DNA of 33,744 nt, taken from a virus. Taxonomy: Duplodnaviria; Caudoviricetes. Below the pieces are notes generated by a model. It worked only from the letters and a program-made list of their open reading frames with translations. It was not told where the DNA came from and did not search any database. The stretch is from IMG/VR virus record IMGVR_UViG_3300025635_000095, positions 1 through 33,744 of that record, one strand, 5' to 3'. The translations under genes were made by a program, and so were the position numbers. This document shows, piece by piece, positions 25,045 through 33,744 of this stretch (positions are counted from its first letter, which is position 1; the number at the start of each line of letters is the position of its first letter).

Positions 25045-26610
25045 ATGGCGCGTATGAAAGTCGAAGAAATCATCAAGCGTTCTTCGCTTGCCAATGCGCG
25101 TAAGGATGAATGGCGCACGATCTACGAAGAGTGCTACGAGTATGCGCTACCACAGCGCAATCTCTACGATGGCTACTATGAGGGCGGCACTCCCGGTCAG
25201 AAGAAGATGCAGCGCGTCTTCGACTCCACCGCGATTGACTCGACCCAACGCTTTGCTAACCGGATTCAGTCCGGCCTCTTCCCGCCCTACCGTTCATGGT
25301 GCCGGTTGCAAGCTGGCAATGAGATTCCACAGGATCGCAAGGGCCAGACCCAGATCATTCTCGATGCCTACAACGAGCAGATGTTCAACATCATGCGGCA
25401 GACAAACTTCGACCTAGCCATGTCGGAGTTCTTGCTTGATCTGTCTGTCGGCACTGCCGTTATGCTGATCCAGCCGGGAGATGAAACAACCCCGATCCGT
25501 TTTACTCCCGTCCCGCAATATCTCGTGGCCCTCGAAGAAGGACCGCACGGCACGGTTGATAACGTCTATCGCAAGCTTCGCATCAAGGGCGAAGTGATCG
25601 ACCGGCAATGGATGGATGCCAAGATTCCACCGGACCTTGCCGCTCAAATCAAGCGCAAGCCTACAGATGATGTCGAGCTACTTGAGGCCACTGTCTATAA
25701 CAAAGACATGGGTAAGTATTGCTACCATGTTATCCATGAGAAAAGCCGCAGCGAGCTTGTCTATCGCACCATGACGGTTAGCCCATGGATCGTGGCCCGC
25801 TACATGAAGGTGGCTGGTGAAGTCTATGGTCGCGGCCCGCTTGTCTCGGCCATGCCTGACATCAAGACGCTCAACAAGACGCTTGAGCTTCTTCTCAAGA
25901 ACGCTTCGCTGGCTATCGCTGGCGTCTATACCGCAGCCGATGATGGCGTGCTGAACCCGCAGACTGTTCGCATCCAGCCGGGAGCAATCATCCCGGTCGC
26001 GCGTAACGGTGGCCCAACCGGCCCATCGCTCATGCCGTTGCCTAAGTCGGCTGACTTCAACGTATCCCAGATCGTGATTAACGATCTCCGCATGAACGTG
26101 AAGAAGGTGCTTCTCGACGATACGTTGCCGCCGGATAACATGTCGGCTCGCTCTGCCACTGAGATTGTGCAGCGCATGAAGGAACTGTCCCAGAATCTTG
26201 GCAGCGCCTTTGGTCGCCTGATTACGGAAGCGATGATCCCGATCATCCGCCGCATCCTGTTCATTATGGATGAGCAAGGCTTGATTACCCTGCCGCTCAA
26301 GATCGACGGCCAGCAAGTCAAGGTTGTTCCGGTTAGCCCGTTGGCTCAAGCGCAGAACATGGATGAAGTGAACGATGTGCTTCAGTTCATGCAAGTGGTC
26401 GCAACTATGGGACCGGAAGCGCAGATCGCCTTGAAGAAAGACAACATCATTGACTTCATCGCCCAGCGCCTTGGTGTCCCGGCTTCTCTCCTGACAACTC
26501 AGGAAGAGCGCCAGCAAATGATGATGCAGATGGCAGAGGTAGCCCAGCAAGCAGTAGCGGCACAGCCGCAACCTGAAGGTGCTGAAGCTACAATGGGGGC
26601 AATGCAATGA
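25045..26610 (+). CDS. portal (head-tail connector), T7 gp8-like
   Basis: VFDSTA, GEVYGRGP, RSATEI, VSPLAQAQ motifs. 521 aa. Confidence 0.93.
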   Translation: MARMKVEEIIKRSSLANARKDEWRTIYEECYEYALPQRNLYDGYYEGGTPGQKKMQRVFDSTAIDSTQRFANRIQSGLFPPYRSWCRLQAGNEIPQDRKGQTQIILDAYNEQMFNIMRQTNFDLAMSEFLLDLSVGTAVMLIQPGDETTPIRFTPVPQYLVALEEGPHGTVDNVYRKLRIKGEVIDRQWMDAKIPPDLAAQIKRKPTDDVELLEATVYNKDMGKYCYHVIHEKSRSELVYRTMTVSPWIVARYMKVAGEVYGRGPLVSAMPDIKTLNKTLELLLKNASLAIAGVYTAADDGVLNPQTVRIQPGAIIPVARNGGPTGPSLMPLPKSADFNVSQIVINDLRMNVKKVLLDDTLPPDNMSARSATEIVQRMKELSQNLGSAFGRLITEAMIPIIRRILFIMDEQGLITLPLKIDGQQVKVVPVSPLAQAQNMDEVNDVLQFMQVVATMGPEAQIALKKDNIIDFIAQRLGVPASLLTTQEERQQMMMQMAEVAQQAVAAQPQPEGAEATMGAMQ

Positions 26611-26864
26611 ATGATTGGGATGTGATTAGAGATTTCGCCGCTCCGATTAAGGGGGCAGCGGATAGCCAAGCCGATATGGATAAGTTGTACGCTCACTTGT
26701 TCATGTCGCCGGAGGGCCAAAAAGTTTTGGCTGATCTCCGCAGCCGCACCATCGAGCAACCATCTTGGTTCCCCGGCGAAGACGCTTCGCATGGGTTTGC
26801 TCGTGAAGGGCAGAACTCGATTGTTCGGATGATCGAAGAGCGGATTAAACGCGCGAGGACGTAA
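26607..26864 (+). CDS. conserved small protein after the portal (Bbp19-like)
   Basis: LFMSPEGQKVLADL...AREGQNSIVRMI motif and synteny. Confidence 0.7.
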   Translation: MNDWDVIRDFAAPIKGAADSQADMDKLYAHLFMSPEGQKVLADLRSRTIEQPSWFPGEDASHGFAREGQNSIVRMIEERIKRART

Positions 26865-27685
26865 TGGCAGAAGAGCAGACAACTCCGGCCCAAGGGGCAG
26901 AGGCTACAGCCGAAGCACCTGAGGAGAACCGGGGCCTGTTAGGCGTAGAGCCTGAAGCCGAAGAAAATCCAGATCAGGTAGTTATCCCCCACTTGGAAGG
27001 GCAGGAAGCTCCGAAGAGTCCCGATCAGGAAGAGAAGCCTGAAGAATGGGTTCGACCCGATTACTGGCCTGAGCAATTCTGGTCAGACGATGAAGGGCCG
27101 GACGTTGAGAAGCTTGCTAAGTCCTATCAAGAGCTTCGCACTAAGATGTCGCAGGGCAAGCACAAGGCTCCTGCGGATGGCAAATACGATACCACAGTCT
27201 TCAAGAGTGCTGGCGTCGATGAGAAGGACGATCTCCTTCAGAAGTATGTAACGAAGTCCAAAGAACTCGGCGTCTCGCAAGAAGCGTTCGATGAACTGGC
27301 TAAGCTATATATGGAAGAAGTCGGGGCGGCCTTTGAGGAAACAGCCGTTAATCGTGAGGCTGAACTCAAGAAGCTTGGACCCAAGGCGAACGATATTCTG
27401 AAGGCCAATAACCAATGGCTGACCAAACTATCGCGCACGGTCCTGACCGAATCCGAAACGGAAGCTGTGGTTAAGGCTTCTGGCTCGGCAGCTTTTGTCT
27501 CGGCCTTGAATAAGATCAGACAGGCTTCGGGCGAGATGGCTATCCCTGTTGACGCAACTATGGTCAGCGAAGGGCTTCCATCCAAAGAAGACCTCTATGC
27601 AATGGTTGGCGATCCTCGTTATGGCAAAGACATGCGCTTCACACGCGAAGTAGAAAACATGTTTGCCAAAGCATTTAACAAGTAA
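26864..27685 (+). CDS. capsid scaffolding protein
   Basis: Acidic protein between portal and capsid. PEQFW...LAKSYQEL, and C-terminal DPRY.KD. Confidence 0.8.
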   Translation: MAEEQTTPAQGAEATAEAPEENRGLLGVEPEAEENPDQVVIPHLEGQEAPKSPDQEEKPEEWVRPDYWPEQFWSDDEGPDVEKLAKSYQELRTKMSQGKHKAPADGKYDTTVFKSAGVDEKDDLLQKYVTKSKELGVSQEAFDELAKLYMEEVGAAFEETAVNREAELKKLGPKANDILKANNQWLTKLSRTVLTESETEAVVKASGSAAFVSALNKIRQASGEMAIPVDATMVSEGLPSKEDLYAMVGDPRYGKDMRFTREVENMFAKAFNK

Positions 27686-27700
27686 GCCAAGTCCCATTAT

Positions 27701-27730
27701 TTGACTTAATCGGACGGCGGGGTATATATT
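27701..27730 (+). promoter_or_regulatory. putative promoter for the major capsid gene
   Basis: TTGACT at 27701, with TATATA/TATATT 16-18 nt downstream. Confidence 0.55.
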
Positions 27731-27736
27731 CTCGCC

Positions 27737-27818
27737 GTTCGACAATCCTCACGGACCGAACAACTCAGGTCGGGACACCTTAAAGTCCAAGCTGACAGCC
27801 CCACGCGGGAGAACTGTC
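27737..27818 (+). promoter_or_regulatory. structured 5' leader of the capsid mRNA (candidate cis-regulatory RNA)
   Basis: Hairpins GTTCG-ACAA-TCC-TCAC-GGA-C-CGAAC, GGAC-N8-GTCC and GACAG-C-CCC-ACGC-GGG-AGAA-CTGTC. AGGAG RBS downstream. Confidence 0.55.
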
Positions 27819-27858
27819 GCGCCGAACCAATATCGTCACTCTCTCAGGAGACAAACAA

Positions 27859-28701
27859 ATGTCGCTTCAGATTTCGAGCGCCTTTGTTACCCTGTTCGAC
27901 GCGGAAGTTAAGCAAGCATATCAGGGCCAACGCGCCCTTGCTGGCCTCATCCGCGAACGTTCGGGTGTCGAAGGCTCAACCGTTAAGTTCCCTAAAATTG
28001 GCAAGGGTGTTGCTACGCAGCGCATCCCTCAGGCTGACGTCACGCCTCTCAACGTGTCCTATTCGCAGGTCACGGCGACGATGCAGGACTACATTGCTGC
28101 CGAATACTCGGACATCTTCAACCAGCAGAAGGTCAACTTCGATGACCGCCGTGAACTGGTTCAGGTTGTCGCGGGTGCCATTGGTCGCCGCATGGACCAG
28201 CTTGTGATTGGCGCTCTCGAAGCGTCTTCCACTGCGCTGACCGTGGACGAAGACCTCGGTGGCACGAACGCCTCGCTCAACGTGACGAAGCTTCGTCGCG
28301 CTAAGCGCCTTCTGGACGCCAACAACGTCCCGATGGAAGGCCGCATCGCCCTCATCCATGCTCGCTCTCTCGAAGGCTTGCTCGGTGAAACGGCTGCGAC
28401 CTCGGCTGACTTCAACTCGGTTCGCGCTCTCGTCGCGGGCGAGGTCAATACCTTCCTCGGCTTCCGGTTCGTCACGATTGGCGACCGCGATGAAGGCGGC
28501 CTCGGCTTCGGCTCGGCGAATATCCGTCAAAACTGGTTCTTCCATCGTGATGCTGTCGGCATGGGCATTGGCATGAACTCGAAGACTGAGATCAACTATG
28601 TCCCTGAAAAGACATCGTTCCTCGTTGCTTCGATGTTCTCGGCTGGTGCGGTTGCTATCGACGCCGAAGGCATCGTGAAGGTCGAAACCTACGAAGCGTA
28701 A
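27859..28701 (+). CDS. major capsid protein
   Basis: FVTLFDAEVKQAYQ, AIGRRMDQL, LVAGEVNTFLGFRF, GAVAIDAEGIV. Follows the scaffold, with a strong RBS and strongly biased codons. Confidence 0.92.
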   Translation: MSLQISSAFVTLFDAEVKQAYQGQRALAGLIRERSGVEGSTVKFPKIGKGVATQRIPQADVTPLNVSYSQVTATMQDYIAAEYSDIFNQQKVNFDDRRELVQVVAGAIGRRMDQLVIGALEASSTALTVDEDLGGTNASLNVTKLRRAKRLLDANNVPMEGRIALIHARSLEGLLGETAATSADFNSVRALVAGEVNTFLGFRFVTIGDRDEGGLGFGSANIRQNWFFHRDAVGMGIGMNSKTEINYVPEKTSFLVASMFSAGAVAIDAEGIVKVETYEA

Positions 28702-28713
28702 GGAGCTACCATT

Positions 28714-29010
28714 ATGGCGTTCGATATTGCTAACTTCGGCCCTCTTGGTGGTCAGTCTCGCCGTGGCAAGGCTCCGATGTGGTGGACCTACACCACCACG
28801 GATGCTCACACTGCGGTTGATGCAGCGGGTTACTTCGGTTCGTCTTACGGTGGTGTCTATAACCACCTTGAGATTGGCGATGTGATCTATGTCTGCGTGA
28901 CTTCCGGTGGCGCTCTCTCGACGGCTGGTGTCCATATCGTAAAAGATAAGGCAACTGGCACGGTCGATGTCACCAACGTCACGGCCTTCACGGTCACTGA
29001 CTCCGACTAA
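28714..29010 (+). CDS. putative capsid decoration/cement protein
   Basis: 98-aa Thr/Gly-rich, beta-like protein directly after the capsid gene. AAGGAG RBS, YTTTDA...GYF...LEIGDVIYV motif. Confidence 0.65.
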   Translation: MAFDIANFGPLGGQSRRGKAPMWWTYTTTDAHTAVDAAGYFGSSYGGVYNHLEIGDVIYVCVTSGGALSTAGVHIVKDKATGTVDVTNVTAFTVTDSD

Positions 29011-29015
29011 GTTAG

Positions 29016-29573
29016 GTGGCTAACGCCATCTACACTGAGAAGCATGGGGGTTGCGCTATTGTATGTGGCGCAGCCCCTTCTTTGTTTGCTGATTTAGAGG
29101 CGGCTCGGCTGCTTCGGCCTGATGCTAAACTCTATGGCTGCAACAATACGGCAGCACTTGTCCCAGAAATTGAACATGTCTGGACCCATCATCATACTTT
29201 GGCTGGGCAGTTTAAGAGGGACGCCAAGCGACCCATTTTTGTTCACGGCAACACGCAATACCCAGACATTGATTACTTCTGGCCAGCGCATTGGATATGC
29301 GGTTCGTCGGGTGTTGGCTCGGCTTTGTGGGCGCGGTGGCTACTAGGTTACGATGAGGTCATCATGTGCGGGATTCCACTGACCCCTGAGAGCAAGGTTT
29401 ATGTGGAAGGCTACCCATCGAAGCCAATGAAGAACTCTCAGACCGAATGGGCAGATGACGGCAACTTCAATACATGGCACCGTCAGGTCCTGATTCGGAA
29501 AGATGAAGGCCGGTTTGAGGGCATATCATCTATGTCCGGCTGGACGAGAGAGACATTCGGAGCGCCCAAGTGA
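29016..29573 (+). CDS. Maf/CstII (sialyltransferase-like, DUF115/MptE-like fold) putative transferase
   Basis: AIVCGAAPSL, YGCNN and GSSGVGSALWARWLLGYDEVIMCGIPL parallel the GNGPSL / CN / TSG...GY.EIYL.G.D motifs of that fold. Confidence 0.55.
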   Translation: MANAIYTEKHGGCAIVCGAAPSLFADLEAARLLRPDAKLYGCNNTAALVPEIEHVWTHHHTLAGQFKRDAKRPIFVHGNTQYPDIDYFWPAHWICGSSGVGSALWARWLLGYDEVIMCGIPLTPESKVYVEGYPSKPMKNSQTEWADDGNFNTWHRQVLIRKDEGRFEGISSMSGWTRETFGAPK

Positions 29574-30175
29574 TCCAGATCGTGACCGTTATGAAGAGCG
29601 GCGGCGACTATACGTATAAACACGTAGCTAGACTAAAGGATATGCTGGCCGATAAGGCTGGGATCAGCTTCAACTTCTTGTGCCTGTCTGATGTTCCCGG
29701 CCCAGATGTCGTGCCTCTACGGGATGGGCTACCGGGATGGTGGTCGAAGATGGAGGTCTTTAAGCTGCCGGGGCCATGTATCTACTTTGACCTCGATACG
29801 ATCATCTGTGGCTCTCTCCACAAGGCGGCTGACCTAGCCAAGCGGGTTCCATTCGCCATTCTGCGGGATGCCTATCGGGGCAAGAATGATCCCACCGCCA
29901 TGCAGTCCAGCGTGATGATGTGGTGCGGTGACATGAGCCATCTCTACTCGGCCTTCATCTCAGACCCGATCCGGCACATGCAGATCAAGGGCGGGGATCA
30001 AGCCTTCATCGAGACACAGATAAGTAAAACTACGTACATACAGGATGAGCTTCCCGGCCAGTTCATATCTTACAAGGTAGATGTGCGCGGCAAGCATGTC
30101 CCAGATAATGCCAGAGTGATCTTCTTCCATGGCCATCCCCGGCCTTGGGAGCAAACGGATATCCCCTATGTATAA
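29570..30175 (+). CDS. GT-A fold glycosyltransferase (GT8-like)
   Basis: GWWSKMEVF, YFDLD (DxD), SSVM, GGDQAFI, FFHGHPRPW. Confidence 0.8.
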   Translation: MIQIVTVMKSGGDYTYKHVARLKDMLADKAGISFNFLCLSDVPGPDVVPLRDGLPGWWSKMEVFKLPGPCIYFDLDTIICGSLHKAADLAKRVPFAILRDAYRGKNDPTAMQSSVMMWCGDMSHLYSAFISDPIRHMQIKGGDQAFIETQISKTTYIQDELPGQFISYKVDVRGKHVPDNARVIFFHGHPRPWEQTDIPYV

Positions 30176-30782
30176 GCTGATCGAAGGCTGGTGTGTGCCA
30201 GAGAAGGATGAGAAGTGCTTCGATGCCGTTATGGGCGAGGTGGATAAGGTCTTTAAGATCGCACCCCAATGCCCGAAGCGGCGCTCGTGCATACAGGCTG
30301 GCGGCAACATTGGGATATTCCCCAAGGCCCTGTCCAAGTTCTTTCAGGCCGTTCACACCTTTGAGCTGGACCCTGTGAACTTCATGGCCATGCAGGAGAA
30401 CTGCGGCAAGATCGACAACATCATCATGCGGAACGCGGCCTTGACTGACTTTCATGGCATGGTTGGGGTTGATCGCATCAAGCCAAACAATGTCGGGGCG
30501 CATCAGGTCAAGCTGGATGGAGACATTCATACAGTCATGATTGACGATCTTGGCTTGGAAGACCTTGACCTTCTCTGGTTGGACATTGAAGGATCAGAAC
30601 ATTCGGCCCTATTGGGCGCGGCTAAGACTCTTCACGACTGTTCCCCGATAGTCGTTTTAGAGTTAAAGGGCTTGGGACAGCGGTATGGTTACTCAGATCA
30701 ACAGACATTCGACCTTATGGAATCTTTAGGGTATAAGGTTTCTCAGAAGATCAGCCGCGATTATATCTTCGTTAGAGGTTGA
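30168..30782 (+). CDS. FkbM-family SAM-dependent methyltransferase
   Basis: IQAGGNIG, VHTFE, NAAL, IDDL, LLWLDIEGSE..ALLGA. Confidence 0.88.
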   Translation: MYKLIEGWCVPEKDEKCFDAVMGEVDKVFKIAPQCPKRRSCIQAGGNIGIFPKALSKFFQAVHTFELDPVNFMAMQENCGKIDNIIMRNAALTDFHGMVGVDRIKPNNVGAHQVKLDGDIHTVMIDDLGLEDLDLLWLDIEGSEHSALLGAAKTLHDCSPIVVLELKGLGQRYGYSDQQTFDLMESLGYKVSQKISRDYIFVRG

Positions 30783-30783
30783 G

Positions 30784-31398
30784 ATGGCGACCGGAGACTC
30801 AAAACTTACGATCTGCAACGATGCCCTGATTATGCTGGGCGGTCGAGTCATCTCCTCCTTCTCTGAAGGGACCGACAATGCTCAGGTCGCGGACCGGCTC
30901 TATGATGACATCAAGATCATGTGCCTTACGATGTACCCATGGAGCTTCAGCTTCAAAAAGGTTCAGCTCGCTAGGACGTTGAATACCCCGGTCACTGAAT
31001 GGAAATATGAATATCAGATTCCCGGCGATGTCATCTCTGGCCCTCGTGCGCTGTTCGACACCTCCAGCCCCGGCGCTCGGCCTGTGACTTGGTGGGAGCG
31101 GTATGAAGATAAAGTCCTTACCAGCTATGAGCGGGTCTGGATTGACTACCAGTTCGACCCCGGCGAGGACCGCTTGCCGTCCTACTTCGTACAGCTACTA
31201 AAGTATATGCTGGCATGGCACTTCGCGGAGCCTGTCACTGACCAATTCCCCAAGGGTGAGTATTGGCGCAGCATGGCTGTTGGCACGCCTCAAGAGAATG
31301 GTCGCGGTGGCTACTTCCGTCAGGCCATGAACATTGACGGCCAGACCCAGCCGAACCAGATGATCGAAGACTTCAGCCTCATTGCCGTGAGGAACTAA
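30784..31398 (+). CDS. tail adaptor (tail tubular protein A, T7 gp11-like)
   Basis: ICNDALIMLG, YPWSFS, W.YEYQIPGD motifs and synteny. Confidence 0.85.
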   Translation: MATGDSKLTICNDALIMLGGRVISSFSEGTDNAQVADRLYDDIKIMCLTMYPWSFSFKKVQLARTLNTPVTEWKYEYQIPGDVISGPRALFDTSSPGARPVTWWERYEDKVLTSYERVWIDYQFDPGEDRLPSYFVQLLKYMLAWHFAEPVTDQFPKGEYWRSMAVGTPQENGRGGYFRQAMNIDGQTQPNQMIEDFSLIAVRN

Positions 31399-33581
31399 TG
31401 TCCCGGCTGATCCAGATTCAGACGAACTTCAGCACTGGCGAAACGGACCCTCTTATCCGTGGCCGCATTGATCTGGCTCAGTATTACTCGGCTCTTCAGA
31501 AGGCTACCAACGTCACGATCATCCCGCAGGGTGGTGTTCGCCGCCGCCCCGGCCTCCGCTATGTAACAGAGCTACCCAACACTATCGCGGATGATGGCGT
31601 GATCTTCGCGCCATTCGAGTTCAGCGTTAATGATTCGTATATGTTTGCAATCATTGCTGGCCGCATTTATGTGTTCAAGAACGGCTCTCTGATTACCCAG
31701 ATAACCAGTTCTATATCTGCAACCTACTCACAGAGCGGCACGACAATTACTGTCACGGCAGCAAGCCATGGGCTTATCGCTGGCGATACGGTCTATCTCG
31801 ACTTTACCAGCGGCACCGCCGTTGATGCCAGCTTTACGGTAGCTACCGCTTCGTCTGGCTCATTTACCGTCACGGCTGCGGGATCACTTACCACTAGCGG
31901 TAATGTGACCATGAAGCCAAACCACATCATCGTGCCTACGATTACATCTGCGATCCTGCCTGATCTTAACTACGCGCAGTCCGCCGACACGATGTTGTTC
32001 GTGCATGAAGACTTGGCTCCTCTGAAGCTGGTGCGCGGTGCGACGGATGCAAGCTGGACGGTATCTGCAATCAGCTTTGACTTCATCCCGAAGTATGCCT
32101 TCACCCTAACGAAGACATCGCCTAGCCATTCATTAACTCCCTCAGCAAAAGAGGGAACCGTTGAATTAACCGCTGGTGGCGGCGCGTTCACTGCGGCAGA
32201 TGTCGGGCAATATATCCATATCAAAGAAGGTTATGGATTCGGCATTGCCCGCATCATTGGCTACGTTTCTTCTTCTAAGGTACTTGCTGTCACTGAAATC
32301 CCATTCGATAAAACAAGCGCCTACAACTCTGGTGAGTGGGAAGTTCAGAGCGGCTACGAAGATGTATGGTCTTCCGGTCGCGGTTGGCCGAAGAGTGTTA
32401 CCTTCCATGAGGGCCGTCTTTACTTCGGCGGTAGCAAGAGTCGTCCTTCTACTGTCTGGGGTTCTGTTGTCGGGCGCTTCTTTGACTTCGACAAAGGGCA
32501 GTCTCTGGATGATGAGGCCGTCGAGTCCACCGTCGACACGAACCAACTCAATGCCATTGTGAACTGCCTGTCAGGCCGTGACTTGCAATTCTTCACAACC
32601 GGCTCTGAGTTCTATGTGCCGCAAGCTACCCTTGAGCCAATCACGCCAACGAACTTCTTCGTGAAGATCGCCACACGAAATGGCTGCAAGCCGTCGATCA
32701 AGCCTGTTGGCATTGACTCTGGAACGCTCTTCGTGCAGCGGCAGGGCAAGTCTCTTAACGAGTTCGTCTATACGGACGTTGAGGCTGCTTACATCACTAA
32801 CCGTATCTCGCTTCTGTCTTCTCACCTTCTGAAGACGCCGGTTGATATGGCTATTCGTCGGGCCACCTCGACGGATGAAAGCGACCAGCTTTACATCGTT
32901 AATGGCGATGACGGCTCGATAGTCTGCTACTCAATGCTTCGCTCCCAGCAAGTCATTGCGCCATCTGAGTTCACAACAGACGGCGAGTTCTTGGCTGTCG
33001 GTGTGGATGTCGATACGATCTATGCGGCGGTGTGGCGTGAGATCGACGGCGTTGAGCGATACTTTGTCGAGCGGTTTGACAATACTCTGACGGTTGACTG
33101 TGCTGTGACCGGGACAAGTGGGAGCAGCGTTACTGCGGCGAACCTTGCTGGCAAGACGGTCAAGATCATCGCGGATGGTGTTGTGCTGCCAGATGCTACG
33201 GCCAATTCGAGCGGCGTCATCACCTTCTCCCGTGCGGCGGTAAGCACCTATCAGGTCGGGTTGGATTACAGTGTCGAAGTTAAGACGATGCCTGTCGAAC
33301 CAAGGCTTCAGAGCGGGACGCTACGCGGGTTCAAGAAGCGCATTATCGAAGTTACCCCGCAGTTCTACGAGACACAGGCCGCGTCTATCAATGGGCAAGT
33401 CATCCCATTCCGGCAGTTTGATACGCAAGTTCTCGATGAACCCGTGGCTGAATATACGGGCATCAAAAAGATAGGGCCGCTACTAGGCTTTGACTATGAG
33501 GGCGTCATTACCGTCACCCAATCTGTGCCGCTGAAGATGACGCTATTGTTCCTAGAATATCAGGTGAGCGCGGGTCAGTAA
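31398..33581 (+). CDS. tail nozzle (tail tubular protein B, T7 gp12-like)
   Basis: QTNFSTGE, PQGGVRRRPG, AQSADTM, WPKSVTFHEGRLYFGG, LFVQRQG, VGLDY. Confidence 0.9.
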   Translation: MSRLIQIQTNFSTGETDPLIRGRIDLAQYYSALQKATNVTIIPQGGVRRRPGLRYVTELPNTIADDGVIFAPFEFSVNDSYMFAIIAGRIYVFKNGSLITQITSSISATYSQSGTTITVTAASHGLIAGDTVYLDFTSGTAVDASFTVATASSGSFTVTAAGSLTTSGNVTMKPNHIIVPTITSAILPDLNYAQSADTMLFVHEDLAPLKLVRGATDASWTVSAISFDFIPKYAFTLTKTSPSHSLTPSAKEGTVELTAGGGAFTAADVGQYIHIKEGYGFGIARIIGYVSSSKVLAVTEIPFDKTSAYNSGEWEVQSGYEDVWSSGRGWPKSVTFHEGRLYFGGSKSRPSTVWGSVVGRFFDFDKGQSLDDEAVESTVDTNQLNAIVNCLSGRDLQFFTTGSEFYVPQATLEPITPTNFFVKIATRNGCKPSIKPVGIDSGTLFVQRQGKSLNEFVYTDVEAAYITNRISLLSSHLLKTPVDMAIRRATSTDESDQLYIVNGDDGSIVCYSMLRSQQVIAPSEFTTDGEFLAVGVDVDTIYAAVWREIDGVERYFVERFDNTLTVDCAVTGTSGSSVTAANLAGKTVKIIADGVVLPDATANSSGVITFSRAAVSTYQVGLDYSVEVKTMPVEPRLQSGTLRGFKKRIIEVTPQFYETQAASINGQVIPFRQFDTQVLDEPVAEYTGIKKIGPLLGFDYEGVITVTQSVPLKMTLLFLEYQVSAGQ

Positions 33582-33582
33582 G

Positions 33583-33744
33583 ATGGAATTAGTCATTGCT
33601 CCCCTTCTCGGTGCTTTCGGCGCGACAGCCGGAACGATCAGCACCGTCTCAACGGCAGCTACCGCAATCGGTGGCATAGCCTCTGCGGCTTCTGGGGTCT
33701 TCTCTGCCCTTGGTGCGCTAAGCTCTATCGGCAGCGGTGCGGCA
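33583..33744 (+). CDS. 5' part of the wrap-around ejection protein (continues at 128..646)
   Basis: ATG 33583, MELVIAPLLGAFGATAGTISTV..., open to the contig end and in frame with the contig start. Confidence 0.75.
   Translation, partial: MELVIAPLLGAFGATAGTISTVSTAATAIGGIASAASGVFSALGALSSIGSGAA
33619..33744. repeat. 126-bp terminal direct repeat (copy 2)
   Basis: Identical to 2..127. Confidence 0.95.

Noticed and set aside
25678-26607. 309-aa antisense ORF within the portal gene
   Set aside because: It mirrors the sense frame, has His/Leu-rich shadow composition and no motif. Expected from codon bias on the coding strand.
28680-28720. T7 gp10B-like frameshift or read-through fusing capsid and decoration proteins
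   Set aside because: No slippery sequence was seen, the stop is TAA, and the downstream gene has its own AAGGAG RBS. The genes are in the same frame, so read-through is not strictly excluded.
27976-28935. 319-aa antisense ORF across the capsid and decoration genes
   Set aside because: Shadow ORF of strongly biased, highly expressed genes. No RBS or recognisable domain.
33619-33744. Biological direct terminal repeat as in T7
   Set aside because: It falls mid-gene in the structural operon and its length fits an assembler k-mer overlap.

Overview
The window is an apparently complete, circularly assembled ~33.6 kb dsDNA phage genome: bases 2-127 recur exactly at 33619-33744, and one gene reads through that junction. 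The virion module is podovirus-type (T7/BPP-1/epsilon15-like). It runs terS, terL, GNAT, small charged proteins, portal, scaffold, major capsid, decoration, adaptor, nozzle, four ejection proteins and tail fibre, followed by two holin-like genes, a GH108 endolysin and a metallophosphoesterase. Replication and recombination are lambdoid-style: YqaJ exonuclease, ERF, SSB, a DnaA domain IV protein, a Cro-like HTH, RusA and an O-like initiator with internal iterons. There is also an ardC-led early operon. I saw no DNA or RNA polymerase, helicase, integrase or tRNA. The host is probably an alphaproteobacterium (inference only). Four things stand out: (1) a Maf/CstII-like transferase, GT-A glycosyltransferase and FkbM methyltransferase cassette embedded between the capsid and tail genes, a candidate virion glycosylation system; (2) a tandem array of small genes built from shared DNA repeats, where one repeat encodes a C-terminus, RBS, stop and next start, located in the same operon as a Red-like recombinase pair; (3) a structured capsid mRNA leader with a repeated 1x4 internal loop and a competing hairpin over its promoter; (4) a run of tiny charged proteins sharing a KGK(K) C-terminus. 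All family assignments come from motif recognition by eye, not from database searches.
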